The notes: a model not told the origin generated them from the letters alone. A stretch of DNA of 64,000 nucleotides from Chrysemys picta bellii (GCF_011386835.1 NC_088791.1:245520001-245584000), one strand, 5' to 3'. Shown: positions 26,360 through 38,175, counted from the first letter of the stretch. Translations and numbers: made by a program.

Positions 26360-26393
26360 CATGTACTTATTTGTCATTATAGAAGAGTCACAT
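26360..26393 (-). other. Candidate 34 nt micro-exon of the minus-strand host gene
   Basis: Minus strand: ctttatatctcAG|atgtgactc...aagtacatg|GTAAGT, with a consensus donor. Confidence 0.4.
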
Positions 26394-26439
26394 CTGAGAT
26401 ATAAAGTTTTAAAGTTCTATATGTTATTGTAGTGAGTCG

Positions 26440-27060
26440 GTGTGGCTCCCCTCCTGCCCGGAAGAGGGAGCCCACGTGCAGGCACCAGAGTGGGTGGGAC
26501 CACCACCGCCTGTCCCCGCCCCCCGGAAGTCCAGGGGCGGGACAGGAAGTATAAAGGCCGGCCGCCAGAGCTCAGTCTGCGGCCAGCCACCACAGGGAGC
26601 AGACGTGCGGCCGGGAGCTCCCGGCCAGGAGACCGTCGAAGACCAAGGCCTGGACCCTAGCTGGCCTGAGCTACCCCGGGCCCGCTACGAGGAGGAGCCG
26701 CCGGAGCCCGTTCACGCCCGCTACTGGGGGAATCCCTGGGAACCGCACCCCACTAACCCTGAGGGTGAGACTGGACCCGAACCCCTTCGCCCCTGCTGCT
26801 ATCCAGAGGAGCCGCCTGAGGACCACTGGCCGGACTTCCCGGCAGAGCTACCGGACTTGCCGCCGAGCCCGGGCAGAGAGGAGCCCATGCAGATGGACTG
26901 GCCCGATCCTGGCGCGACGAACGAGGTAGGCTTTGAGGGGGATCATGGAAGCAGCCCGGGGGTAGCCGACCCCGGTCCGGCTGTAACCGAGTGTGAGCCT
27001 ATGTCAGTGTGTTGCGGTCTGGATACCCCACTGATCAGCAGCGGCAGCAACCGCTGTTAG
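26440..27060 (+). CDS. Stop-free acidic Pro/Trp-rich frame inside the LTR (206 codons from GTG; first ATG at 26887); possible element-encoded exon
   Basis: From the ORF track. Repeated motifs RYEEEPPEP / CYPEEPPED / DWPDP; no recognised domain. High GC alone could explain it. Confidence 0.2.
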   Translation: MWLPSCPEEGAHVQAPEWVGPPPPVPAPRKSRGGTGSIKAGRQSSVCGQPPQGADVRPGAPGQETVEDQGLDPSWPELPRARYEEEPPEPVHARYWGNPWEPHPTNPEGETGPEPLRPCCYPEEPPEDHWPDFPAELPDLPPSPGREEPMQMDWPDPGATNEVGFEGDHGSSPGVADPGPAVTECEPMSVCCGLDTPLISSGSNRC

Positions 27061-27195
27061 GGCCCCGGGCTGGAACGCAGTGGAGTGGGTGGGCCTGCGT
27101 TCCCCCCTGCCACCCTCCGCACGGGTGGCAGGCTTCCCCCTCACCCAACGCTCTGCTACGAAAGCCTAGGCGTGCCTTACCTGAACTGTTTATCC

Positions 27196-27660
27196 GCTCA
27201 GCCCCTGCAAACAAGGGCCTGAGCCTAACTGTGTTTGCCCCGCCCTGATCCAGGGCCTGGGCTTTGAACTATTTGCTCGCTCAGCCCCTGCAAACAAGGG
27301 CCTGAGCCTAACTGTGTTTGCCCCGCCCTGATCCAGGGCCTGGGCTTTGAACTATTTGCTCGCTCAGCCCCTGCAAACAAGGGCCTGAGCCTAACTGTGT
27401 TTGCCCCGCCCTGATCCAGGGCCTGGGCTTTGAACTATCTGCCCACTCAGCCCCTGCAACAAGGGCCTGAGCTAACTGTGTTTGCCCCGCCCTGATCCAG
27501 GGCCTGGGCTCTGAACTGTCTGCTCGTTCAGCCCCTGCAAACAAGGGCCTGAGCCTAACTGTGTTTGCCCCGCCCTGATCCAGGGCCTGGGCTCCTGAAC
27601 TGCTTGCTCGCTCAGCCCCCTGCAGTCAAGGGCCTGAGCTTTAACTGTGGTTGCTCCGAC
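27196..27660. repeat. ~83 bp tandem array (~5.5 copies) inside the LTR
   Basis: Units start at 27196, 27279, 27362, 27445, 27526 and 27610. Each unit is built from two related half-units. Confidence 0.92.
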
Positions 27661-28736
27661 TCTGCACCAAAGAGCTGGAGTTTCAGGACTAACTGACTGC
27701 TTGTTCCCACTGTAGTGAGTCGGTGTGGCTCCCCTCCTGCCCAGAAGGGTCGAGCCCCGGCTAGGACCTACTACAGTTATCCATTCACAAAAAAAAAAAA
27801 AAATTTAAAACAAGAATGGGTTCCTCTGCCTTCTAAAGTAGACAGTGGGCCAGATTTACAGATTTGAAAATCAATGGGAGTCAGGCACCTAACCTGCTTA
27901 GGCCCTTTTATCAAATCACACTAGGCACCTTTAGGTGCCTAAATGCCTTTGAAAATCTGGCCAAGTGGCTAAATGGATTTGGTTAAGCTTCCAGAAATAT
28001 TCCTATTTCAGCTGTGAACAAGCATCAAAAGTTTCAGAACACAAGGTGAATATCTGAGAAACTGATGAGTGAATTAAAGTGAAGGTTTATAACAGAAATT
28101 GCACTGCAATCTTAATTTTAGTAGCTTTTGCTGCCATGAAAGCTACACCAGTTTATATAAGAAAATGACTTGTTTTTTTCCTTCCACATTTAAAAATATA
28201 TCTTTTATACGGTACATAACAAAAGATCCACCCACTTCTTGAACATGAAGTAACTTAAAGAAAGCTATACCTAATTTGATTCAAAAGGAAAATTTTATGC
28301 CTAAACAAATTGGTATAAAATAACAGGATTTTTTTTTTAAATAAACTGGCATTTCTTAATATTTTAACACATGCGACAGTGGCTGGATTAATAGCTCCCA
28401 CAGCTCAGAGGTCTCTGGCCACACCCAAGGCAGTGACCTTCCCAATTTGCCTGTAGGAGTGAGGTAATTCAGTATGTGTCTTTCTACTGATGCTTCTAAC
28501 AAGGACTCCAATTGTGCTGATTGTTTTTATGTGATGAGGAAGTGGTTCAAGACAATGAACTCATTTCAAACAGTAATCAGATAACCTTCAATCAATTCTG
28601 TCCTAGGCCAACTTTGAAGCAAACCAGAAATGTTTAACCCCCTTTCTGAATCAGTGATGACAGCATTTTAAACTATTGCCTTTGAAATGAGCAGGTAGAT
28701 ATAGTGGGGGACCTTCCCCCTCATTAGCCTCTTTTA

Positions 28737-29050
28737 GCCCTGGTCTAGACTAAGGGTTGGGGGGGGGGGGGAAAGGGAGGAATAGATCTAAGTTACGCAA
28801 CTTCAGCTACGCGAATAACGTAGCTGAAGTCAACGTACTTAGATCGACTTACCATGGTGTCTTCACCGCGGTGAGTCGACTGCTGCCGCTCCCCCGTCGA
28901 CTCTGCATGTGCCTCTTGTGGCACTGGAGTACAGGAGTCAACGGGAGAGTGCTTGGGGGTAGATGTATCGCGTCTAGTCCAGACGCGATACATCGATCCA
29001 GCGGGGATCGATCGCTACCCGCCGATCCGGCAGGTAGCGAAGACATACCC
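28737..29050. mobile_element. PIF/Harbinger-like MITE (CpG-rich, young)
   Basis: Termini gccctggtctagacta / tagcgaagacataccc, 3 bp TSD TTA, internal palindrome ttcagctacg...cgtagctgaa. Confidence 0.85.
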
Positions 29051-29279
29051 TTATAAGTGCTAATCTACCACTCGGGGGAAAAAAAGGCGACAAGAAATTG
29101 CACAGATGACATTTAAGAACATCTGATAAATAAAAAAATGAAGGCTTCTAGTGTATTAGTTTTATTGGTCCTGTACAAAATACGGGATTTTCAGCAATCC
29201 AGCTGCCTTCTGTAGAGACCTCAAAAATATTCTAAACGTTTCCATTTATATTTATATTTGGTAATGATGCTTCTTTTAC

Positions 29280-29327
29280 CATGAGAAGTCTCTGAAGTCC
29301 ATCCTGAGCAAAATGGATGCAGCTTCT
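29280..29327 (-). other. Candidate 48 nt exon of the host gene
   Basis: Minus strand: cttccttgctttttacacttaaAG|agaagctgc...cttctcatg|GTAAAA. Contains aggATGg (MDFRDFS). Confidence 0.45.
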
Positions 29328-30014
29328 CTTTAAGTGTAAAAAGCAAGGAAGTTTTGAACTCAGGCGTATGGGTTGAAACTCTATATAACCCCCTGCCACT
29401 CTGTGAGTTCCTCTCTCAGAGGAATGTGTGGTCTTAAGTAGCAAAACATGGTTTAACCAGGTGAGTCAAAACACAGAATTTTAACTGTAACTGCTAAATT
29501 ATCGTGGAGGTTTTAAGCCATTAATATTAGTTTTGGTGAGCAAATAGATTCTGCAGGAAACTTTTGAAGGAAAGGAACAAATGCGAAAGCCCATTGCTTC
29601 TGATGTGTTATGTATTAGAAGACTAATAAAAGAAAAATATTTTCACAAGATGCAGGCAAACCCTACTCCAAAAATTTTTTTTTTGCCTTTTTACACTGTA
29701 TATGTGAATAGTTCAAAAAAATAGAATACAATACTGCAGCAGTACTTCAGCTATCTCTCACACTTAAGTTGTGTCAAGTGTGCAATTAGAACTATTTTCT
29801 GCAGCATGCAATACTTGAAACTTTGCCTTAAATCTCACTTCCAGTCCACTGAACTAGATGAGAAAAAACAAAAATACAGCCCTAGCAACTACAGATGGTA
29901 GTAAGTATAACCTGATGAACTTTGGGTCAAAATGTAAGACTATAAACAGGGGGAGAGCACAGAAAAAATGAGACCATAATGATCAGCATGCAAGACAGTG
30001 GTCACAGCAACAGA

Positions 30015-30300
30015 GGCTAGGTCTACACTACCCGCCTGAATCGGCGGGTAGAAATTGATCTCTCGGGGATCGAATTATCGCGTCTCATCGGGACGTGACA
30101 ATCGATCCCCGAATTGACGTTCTTACTCCACCAGCGGAGGTGGGAGTAAGTGCCGTCGACGGGGAGCCGCGGAGGTCGATTTTTCCGCCGTCCTCACAGC
30201 GGGGTAAGTCGGCTCCGATATGTCGAATTCAGCTACGCTATTCGCGCAGCTGAATTTGCGTATCTTAAATTGACCCCCCCCCCGTAGTGAAGACCTGCCC
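30015..30300. mobile_element. PIF/Harbinger-like MITE, inverted relative to 28737-29050
   Basis: TIRs ggctaggtctacacta / tagtgaagacctgccc, 3 bp TSD AGA. Confidence 0.88.
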
Positions 30301-30659
30301 AGAGTTGCCTAATCATTGTCTGCATCTATGTAGGCATCGTGATAGTGGGATCTAAAGAAGGGCAATGAGGTGGCTTTTCAAATATAGTTCTACTCAACAT
30401 ACACATTTACTATAATAAAAATAAAAAAGCTTGAAATTTTACCTGAAGTGTAATTTTTTTTTTTCTGGTAGATGGTCCCCTTTTCAGCTAATAAGACTCG
30501 ATTTTTTGCTACACTTTTTAAAAATGTCCTTACTTTAATATTCCTACCCAAATAAGATCTAATTTTACATGGCATATCTGGTGTAATACCTAGTCAAATA
30601 GGGGATTCAAGAAAAAATGTTTCAGTATTAACTATGGACATTGTTTTAGTAGTTTAATG

Positions 30660-30918
30660 CAGTGGTTTTCAAACTGTGGGTCGCGACCCACCCCAAGCCC
30701 TCCCAAACCCAGAGCCCTCCCTGCACCCCAACCCCCTGCCCAGAGCCCCCTCCCACACCCTGAACCCCTCATTTCCAATCCCACTCTGCAGCCCTCACCC
30801 CAACTCTCTGTCCCAGCTCCTCGTCCACTCCAAACCCCTCATCCCCAGCGTCATTGGGTCATGGGCATCAACATTTTTCTTCAAGTGGGTCACAAAAAAA
30901 AAAGTTTGAAAACCATTG
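30660..30918. mobile_element. hAT (Charlie-like) MITE
   Basis: TIRs CAGTGGTTTTCAAACT / AGTTTGAAAACCATTG, TSD GTTTAATG / GTTTAAGG. Confidence 0.88.
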
Positions 30919-31554
30919 GTTTAAGGTGTGATTTAACCTGCACAGCTTAAACATCCTGGGTGAAGTCCTGTCAAAAAGTTCCACTGACTTCAATGGAGCC
31001 AGGATTTCAACCCTTTTTATTATTTGAAGCAATGAGACAATACACAGACTAACCATATGGTGGGTCTATTTCCATATGATTAAATACATAGCTCCAATTT
31101 GCCATTAAGCATGTCTCACCCTGAGGATCTAGAGTTCTAGGAATATGCCAAATATTTAAACTATTTTATACTAAACAGCAGAAAAACCATTAGCTGATAA
31201 ACTTCTGAAAATATTGGCTCATAATAGACATGCTGACAAACTCCTTAAACTATAGGCATTACTGATACCATTACAGAAACGTTCTATAGTCAGTAAAGGA
31301 ACAGACTTGTAAAAAGTCTATAAAGTCTGTCCCTTTACTACTGACTGTAGAATCTTTTTATAATAGTGTCAGTAGTACCTATAATTAAGGACTGTCAGCA
31401 TATTATTATGAATATAGAAGAGAGCATGGCCCATACGCACACAGAGTTAGTGCCAAAAACACAGATACTTATTACAAGCTCTGCAATTCAGGAACTTACT
31501 ACTTTGTATAATGCCAAGTACAATGGAGCCCTGACCCTTCAGAGGGGTACCTAG

Positions 31555-33557
31555 TGTGATATGGCAATTTCCTGCAATATCCTTGAAAAACCTTATTGTA
31601 TTAATGTGACAGAATACATCCATATTCACACCCTACACGCTATTGTAATAATCTTTGTACAAAGTATACCATGTGAGGATCATTTCAAAACTCACAACTT
31701 GCTGATCAGTAATATCATGGTAAAATGCATATAGCAACATCAGATGTAATGTTATAAACACAAGCTGAAATCATGACTGAAGCATGTTTTCCAGGCAAGT
31801 CTGGGGAGTGGTTAAACCAGTTTCCCAAAGACAAAAGACTAACTGACAACCAGCTAAGTGTCAACAAAGCTAACGGGCCATTACCTACAAAGTGGCCATT
31901 CTTTGGCAAAGAAGGGGGGCAGGGCAAAGATCTGCATCTTGGCAAAGAAACAGCATGGAGTCTCCTCCTTCCAGCAGACTCCCTGTCTCCGGATTCTCAG
32001 CTGGAAATGTTTTGCAAAGAGGAACTATAAAAAATAAAGAGGGGTAAACACCCCAAGACAACCCTTTCTCTCTCCCTGCCCATCTCATTCTCTGTACCTG
32101 AGAAGACAAAGGAAACAGCCATTGGACTCTGGGGGAAGGGTCCTGACCTGAAGAGTTTGGCTAGTAATGCTACTAGAAGCACGTGTTGAGAAACTGCTTT
32201 AATCTAACATAGTTTGTTAAAAGTAAGCACTAGAGAATGTTTTCTCTTTATTTTTCTTGTAACCACTTTTGACTTTTATGGATCATTACTTGTACTCACT
32301 TAATTTCTCTTTGTAGTTAATAAACTTGTTTTATCTAATCCACTGTGTTCAAGTTGAAATGTCTGGGTAACTCCATTTGAGGGAACAAACGATTGTGTAT
32401 TATTCCCTTACAGGAATAACGGGACTTGGTATATTTGGACCGTCCAGGATAGGGCTGTGCAGTACAAGATTTACATTTCTTGGAGGTTGGGAGGGGGGGT
32501 GGGGAGGAGGAGAAACCTGAGTCTCTGAGTGCATTGGCATCACCCTGCAGTATAACCCAGGCTGGTAAAATCCAGAGTGTAACCCAAGTGTGGCTGACAG
32601 GTTGCAGTTACACACAAACACTCAGGGTGTAGCTTGCATGCCAGAAGGCTGTTTGTCAGCATCCCAGGTGCAAGCTACTTCAGAGCAAGGCATTGTAACA
32701 CACCTAAGGTTGCAAGGCAGGGGTGACAGCTCCCCACTGGTCTGGACAGCACCCTGGTAGGAGACAGTTAAATGCAAAGTTTATGTATTATTGTGGGCTG
32801 AGATTGTATGTAACCTCTCTAGGGGGGGAAATGTAATGTGAGGCCAGGGAGTTCAAAGGACTACACTGACATTGTGCCAGACAAGAATGCACTTTTGGAT
32901 AATAAGAATAAAGTGTATTTCCTGGGGAATACCGAGGGGGAGGTATTTTCCCCTCTTCAGATAACCAAGTCTTTTGAAGCTACGTGCTGAGATGAGGGGG
33001 ACTGTCTGCCAACTACTTGTTCCTGGAGGTTAGAGTTCAAAGGCCCAAGCTATATGAAGAAACAGGCTGATCTGCTCAGGTTCTGAATCTGAAGAGAGTC
33101 ATGAACTTGTAACCATGGGAAAAATCCAGTTGTAGATTTAAAGGACTGACACCTACAAGACCCCAAGGTTGGAGATGGAGTGACCTTCGGGAAGCTTTTT
33201 AACGTGTGTAGATTCTTTTGTTTTCAGTGATTTTCTCTGTAATGTTTTCACCTTAAGAATAAATGTGCTTGCTTAGACAGACCCTGTGTGGAAACCCACA
33301 ACTGCCTGCAATTATGCTATTCATAACCTCTGGAAAGAAAGCAAAGTGCAGACACTGGCCTGTTTAGACAGACTGGCTTGCTAGAAATATCACAGCATGA
33401 ATCAAGACGTTATGCAGCCTTAACAACCTGGTCAGGAGCAAGAGAGATGCGAGTCTCTGCCCAAGAGAGTGACGGCTAAGGAGCCAGAAATCTGGAAGTG
33501 GGTACCCTTGGTGGACCATGGAAGAGGTATACAGGTGCAGTTGGCTTGAAACTGATA
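31555..33557 (+). mobile_element. Family-A LTR interrupted by a second LTR
   Basis: 31555-31604 plus 32767-~33557 is collinear with 2794-3623 (gatatggca.tttcctgcaatatc...; aataaatgtg...; tacaggtgcagtt). Right end approximate. Confidence 0.8.
31605..32766 (+). mobile_element. Nested solo LTR (1162 bp)
   Basis: TGTGACA...GAGACA termini, TSD ATTAA / GTTAA, TATAAAA at 32026, AATAAA at 32319. Confidence 0.85.
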
Positions 33558-33928
33558 GCTGGAAATGGAGATTTAAAAATTTTTAAAAACAATATTTCTT
33601 CCTTTAACTTCCAGTATACCAACAGGTAATGTGAAGTTCATTAGAAGCTGAGTTAGCATCACACATACTCCACTATAAAAGGTGATATGTGCACCTTCCT
33701 AAGGGTGAAATTCACTTTACCTACATTTAAACCAGATACATGCATAGCTGATCCATCTACAAAAAAACACACTTTGAGGGATTGAGTGGTATGAACTGTG
33801 GAAGATCTTGTAAGCGGTCCATTTCACCCTAAATTGATACCAAAAAAGGAACAGGCTAGTTAAAAGGCTATTTTTATTCAGCAAGAATTAATCAAGTATA
33901 GCAAGTATTTTTTTTTTTTAAACCTTAC

Positions 33929-33974
33929 CGCCTCTATGATGGAGATACCCGTGCAGGAGGGAACAAAACAAGCT
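33929..33974 (-). other. Candidate 46 nt exon of the host gene
   Basis: Minus strand: atttttttctctcgtatctatAG|agcttgttttg...catagaggcg|GTAAGG. Strong pyrimidine tract and donor in unique DNA. Confidence 0.55.
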
Positions 33975-35629
33975 CTATAGATACGAGAGAAAAAAATATG
34001 AATAATGTTGAACCGTGTGACAAAAATACATTCAAAAGTGATGATGTAAAATTCTTAGATCTCAGCCACAATCAACGAATGGTTTAAAAATGCATTATTA
34101 TAGTAATGTAACAATATCTCTAACTGAAGATATAAGCTTCTACTATACATCTATTTGGCAGAACAAAGCTTTTAAACAAAAGTTTATCATTTGTCAAATT
34201 GCACAGTTCAATAAAGTAATGTATTTTTAATCTTGTTCCCAACAAAACCCTGTCTTCACAACACATCACCGGCTGATGCACAAAGGACATTTGTAGTCCT
34301 ACTTTAACAAACAGCTTTTTAAATAGTAACAAGTTTCCAAATTCAATTCTTTAGCCACTTTAAATCTTAAAAACATAATACTTTGCTACCAGGCTTATGC
34401 TTCTCTGCAAACAACATATCAGTACAAAACCACTCTTAGTGGCAGAGTTTAAAATTCTTCATTGTGTCATGAGATCTCCTTTCAAACAAAAGTGTGGCCA
34501 CCTTCCTCAAGATAAACAGTGACAAATAAGAACGCTTCCAATCCAACTTGAAAAGCGCTTTCATAGATATATCAAAAGAATCTAGTCCACTAACTGTCAG
34601 CTAACTGGCATTTCTTTTCACTGGCTTCATAAGAATACCTTAGTAAAGAAAATGCCTGCATCCTATTAAGGAAATACTATATTCTTTCCTTTAAACTTAA
34701 TTTTTTATTAGTTATAATTATGTCCTGAATAATTATTTGCTATATGAGCGTAATATAAAAGTTAAAAACTGCATTTCTCATGCCCAAAGGATCCTAAAGT
34801 ACTCAGTTAGATGCCACCTGCCAGTTGTCATTTCACTAGTCTGCAAACCTGCTAAAATTCAAGAAAAAAAACCAACGTTATCACCCAACTTCACAGTAAA
34901 GATTTAGCAGAGGACAAGAATGAATTTCATATTACTAGGACTTCATCACTTTACTATAAATATATATCACACCTCTGTATGTAATATTTCATAGTATTCT
35001 AGAAAACCACCAACTCCACCTGTACATCGTGTGTATGATGAATGTGTGTGTATACATTATATATAGGATCTTACATGCGCACATACCACACAGAGCACAG
35101 CTGATATGGTACTCAATTAATAAAGAATTAAAGGAGGCGAATATAATTAAATGTCAATCAACATGTGTTTACGGAAAATAGGTCTTGTCAAAGTAACTTC
35201 TTTTCTTTAATATGTTAAGTTTGGTTGATAAACATAATAATAGTGTTGATGTAATAGATTTCTGTAACACATTTCACTTGATACTGCAAGATATCCTGAT
35301 TAATAAACGAGAATGATACAAAATCAATATGGCTCACATTAAATGGATTAAAACTAGTAAAATAATTACATTGAGATAATTTAACAGTGAATCACTGTTG
35401 AGCAGCTGTGTTTCTAGTGGGATCCATCGGGGGTCGGTTCTTGCCCCTCCCACTGTTTAGCAATTTTATCAATGACTTGGGGGCAAAAGGGGGGGAATCA
35501 TTACTACTAGAAGTTTGCAGATGACACAAAGATTGGGACACTAGTAAATAATGAAGAGGAGAGGATAGTGATGCAGAATCATCTGGATCACTTTGTTTGC
35601 TTGTGCCCAGCTTACCATGCGTTTCAATA

Positions 35630-35840
35630 CAGGCAGTCCTCAGACTTCCCACACAATTGGTTCCTGAAAATTGCATCTTAAGTCGAAACGTTGTAACTTG
35701 GAATTGCAATCCACTCCATTGCAGGACCGAGCATCGTAAAGTCTAAACCAATTGTCATAAGTCAAATCAGGGTGTCAATTCAGAAGCGTCATAAGTGCTG
35801 TTTGTCGTAAGTTGACTGTCGTAAAGTCAAGGACTGCCTG
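35630..35840. mobile_element. Tigger-like MITE inside CR1
   Basis: TIRs CAGGCAGTCCT / AGGACTGCCTG, with TA on the left flank only. Confidence 0.8.
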
Positions 35841-36060
35841 CCATACGGAAAGTGATAAATTTTGGAACAAAAAATTTAGATCATGTTTACAGGGTAAGAG
35901 ACTCTATCCTGAGAAGCAGTGACACTGAAAAAGATTTCGGGTCCATGGTAGATAATCAGCTGAAAATGAGCTCTGAATGCAACACTGTGGCCAAAAGAGC
36001 TAATGTGGTCCTTGGATGCATAAACAAGGAAATATGAAGTAGAAAGAGAGATGTTATAGT

Positions 36061-36495
36061 TACAAGGTTGGTCCTGAGTTTGCAACAAACCACTGCTGGA
36101 TCCCCGGTCAGGTGCAAAAAGACAAGTTGTTTATTCAGGTGTCGCCCTCTTCAGGCAGGGCAACACCTACAGCACTCATAGTCAGCAACACAAGACAAGT
36201 TGCTGGTAGCAAATTCAAAACAATAGTCCCATGTCAAGCCTACCTTTCCTCATGGATGCTCTGGCAGGCAGCAGTCCGTAGTTAGTTCCTGGCCCCTGCC
36301 AGGCTCCTCTTACAGAGTGAGAGGTGGAAGTCTACTCTTCCTCCCAGCCAGCCCCCAGCTGAGCTGGGCTCCCCCCTTAAACTCCTCCCTCCAAGCCTGA
36401 CACCTATTGCAGATGTAGCGAGACAGGGCTTAATGAGTCCATAGCAATTCAGTTACCTTTTCCCGGCCTGTGTGGGGTTTGTGCACCCCATTACA
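36061..36495 (-). mobile_element. Short LTR inside CR1
   Basis: Minus strand begins TGTAATGGGGTGCAC and carries AATAAA (+ strand TTTATT near 36130). TSD unclear. Confidence 0.6.
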
Positions 36496-37989
36496 GTTCC
36501 ATTTGCCTCTTTTTCACCCCCAATGGTGCAACTTCTAGTGGGAAATGGTGTGCAGTTCTGATATCCAAGAAGTATAGTTATAGTCTGAAGAGGATTCAGA
36601 GAAGAGCCATGAGAATGATTAAAGGATTGGAAAACATGACTTACAGCAACTATGCTCCTTGAGTCTATTCATTTAGATTATCAAAGAGAAGGTTCAGGGA
36701 TGAGTGGATCACAGTCTAGAAACACCTACATAGGAAACTGAAATTTGATAATCTAAACAGAGAAAGGTGTAACAAGATACAATGGCTTACTCCTGGGGGA
36801 ATTCTGCGTCAATGCACGCATGCAGAATTCATGTCCACCACAGATTTCTTTGCTTCCCTGCAGAAAAACAAAAATGACTGACAGGAAAACAAAGGGAAAC
36901 CGCAAGAGAGGCCACGCACCTCTCTCCAGCACCACAGGCGCATTGTTGCAGACACCTAGAGCAGCTGGCAAACAGGTAAATCACTACGCGTGTGTGTGTG
37001 TGTGAGTGCGCGCGCAGGGCTGGGGATGCCCCAGCATGCTGGGTCAGATCCAACTTCCATGCATCCATATCCAGAGGGCCCCCCACTGAGCCTCACACCC
37101 CTGCACCTGGCTCTCCCCAGCTTTACACGGTGGCTCCTACCCTGCGCCGGGCTCAGTTGCTAGTCCCTATGCCCTGTGTTATGCCAGTGGCCAGATTAGT
37201 CAATCACCATTGCCCACAATCTACAAAATTGTTCACTTACCAGATTCAGTTATCCACAGTAGGTCTTCCAGTCATTAATGCAAATTAGCAAAAACTTTTC
37301 AATGTATATACATACAGTCACACCAATGAAATTCAACCACCCCTAGGTGAAGGACAGATCATTGGCACACAAGTGGAGTGGAGTGCGGGAGAGAAGAGAG
37401 ATATTTTCACCCACAGATATTTGCACACATCTCTAGTCTTAAAAAAAAAAAAAAGATATGAATGGGATATTTTCCATCTATAGGACCTAGGTTTAAAAGC
37501 GCTCATCTGCTCAGCTCCATACACATGAACTTGTTTTGTTATATAAAAGATATGCCAACATTTTTAAACGAGTGTGAAAGGCCAAATTAAAGCCCAATAT
37601 ATTGGTACTCTGTTTTCTACTCATTAGCATAAAAACAATCCTTTTGATGCTATGCCATATCACATAGTGATTTCTAATATAAAACCAAGCCACGATTGTC
37701 CTCAACAGTTTTGAGGCATATATACAAATCTTACAGTTCTTTCTATATACAAGGAACTTGGTCACCCATTCTGGTTATTGTTTTTAATCAATATTTTCTC
37801 TGTAAACATGCCAGCTGTATTTGTTGCAATAAGCCCTTTGAAAAAGAAAAAAAAAACAACAACAAAAAAACAACAAAAAAAACCTCTTCAGATTGTCCCT
37901 TGCAGCCTCTCAAATAAAACCAAGGTTAATGCCAATGAAATATCGAGTATGGTAAAGCTTCTTGGGGAATAGCACCTGTTCCACGAAAG

Positions 37990-38175
37990 TCAAGTATCAG
38001 GGGGTAGCCGTGTTAGTCTGTATCTACAAAAACAACAAGGAGTCTGGTGGCACCTTAAAGACTAACCGATTTATTTGGGCATAAGCTTTCGAAGAAGTGA
38101 GGTTTTTACTCACGAAAGCTTATGCCCAAATAAATCTGTTAGTCTTTAAGGTGCCACCAGACTCCTTGTTGTTTT
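37990..38175. mobile_element. Penelope-like element terminal fragment with inverted (fold-back) pLTR
   Basis: ggtagccgtgttagtctgtatc...ggcaccttaaagactaa...gcataagctttcg; 65 bp arms at 38027-38091 / 38113-38177; flanking direct repeat TGTTCCACGAAAG (37977-37989 / 38176-38188). Confidence 0.85.

Larger units (their letters stand above)
26428..27775 (+). mobile_element. Young CpG-rich solo LTR (1348 bp), probably Gypsy-type
   Basis: TGTAG...CTACA termini, perfect 5 bp TSD GTTAT (26423-26427 / 27776-27780), TATAAA at 26550, GAG|GTAGG donor at 26925/26926. Family assignment is inference. Confidence 0.9.
35390..36790 (+). mobile_element. CR1 ORF2 fragment broken by nested insertions
   Basis: KFADDTKI (aagtttgcagatgacacaaagatt), then AKRANVVLGCI and the RIQRRAMRMIKGLE region, resuming after each insertion. 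Confidence 0.85.

Noticed and set aside
27196-27660. Regularly spaced repeats as a CRISPR array
   Set aside because: Units are contiguous tandem copies with no unique spacers, lie inside a eukaryotic LTR, and no cas genes are present.
37241-37342. Possible 102 nt minus-strand exon (TAG|GGG...CTG|GTAAGT)
   Set aside because: Splice signals are plausible but the acceptor is ambiguous (37342 versus 37438) and all frames are closed; left out pending RNA data.
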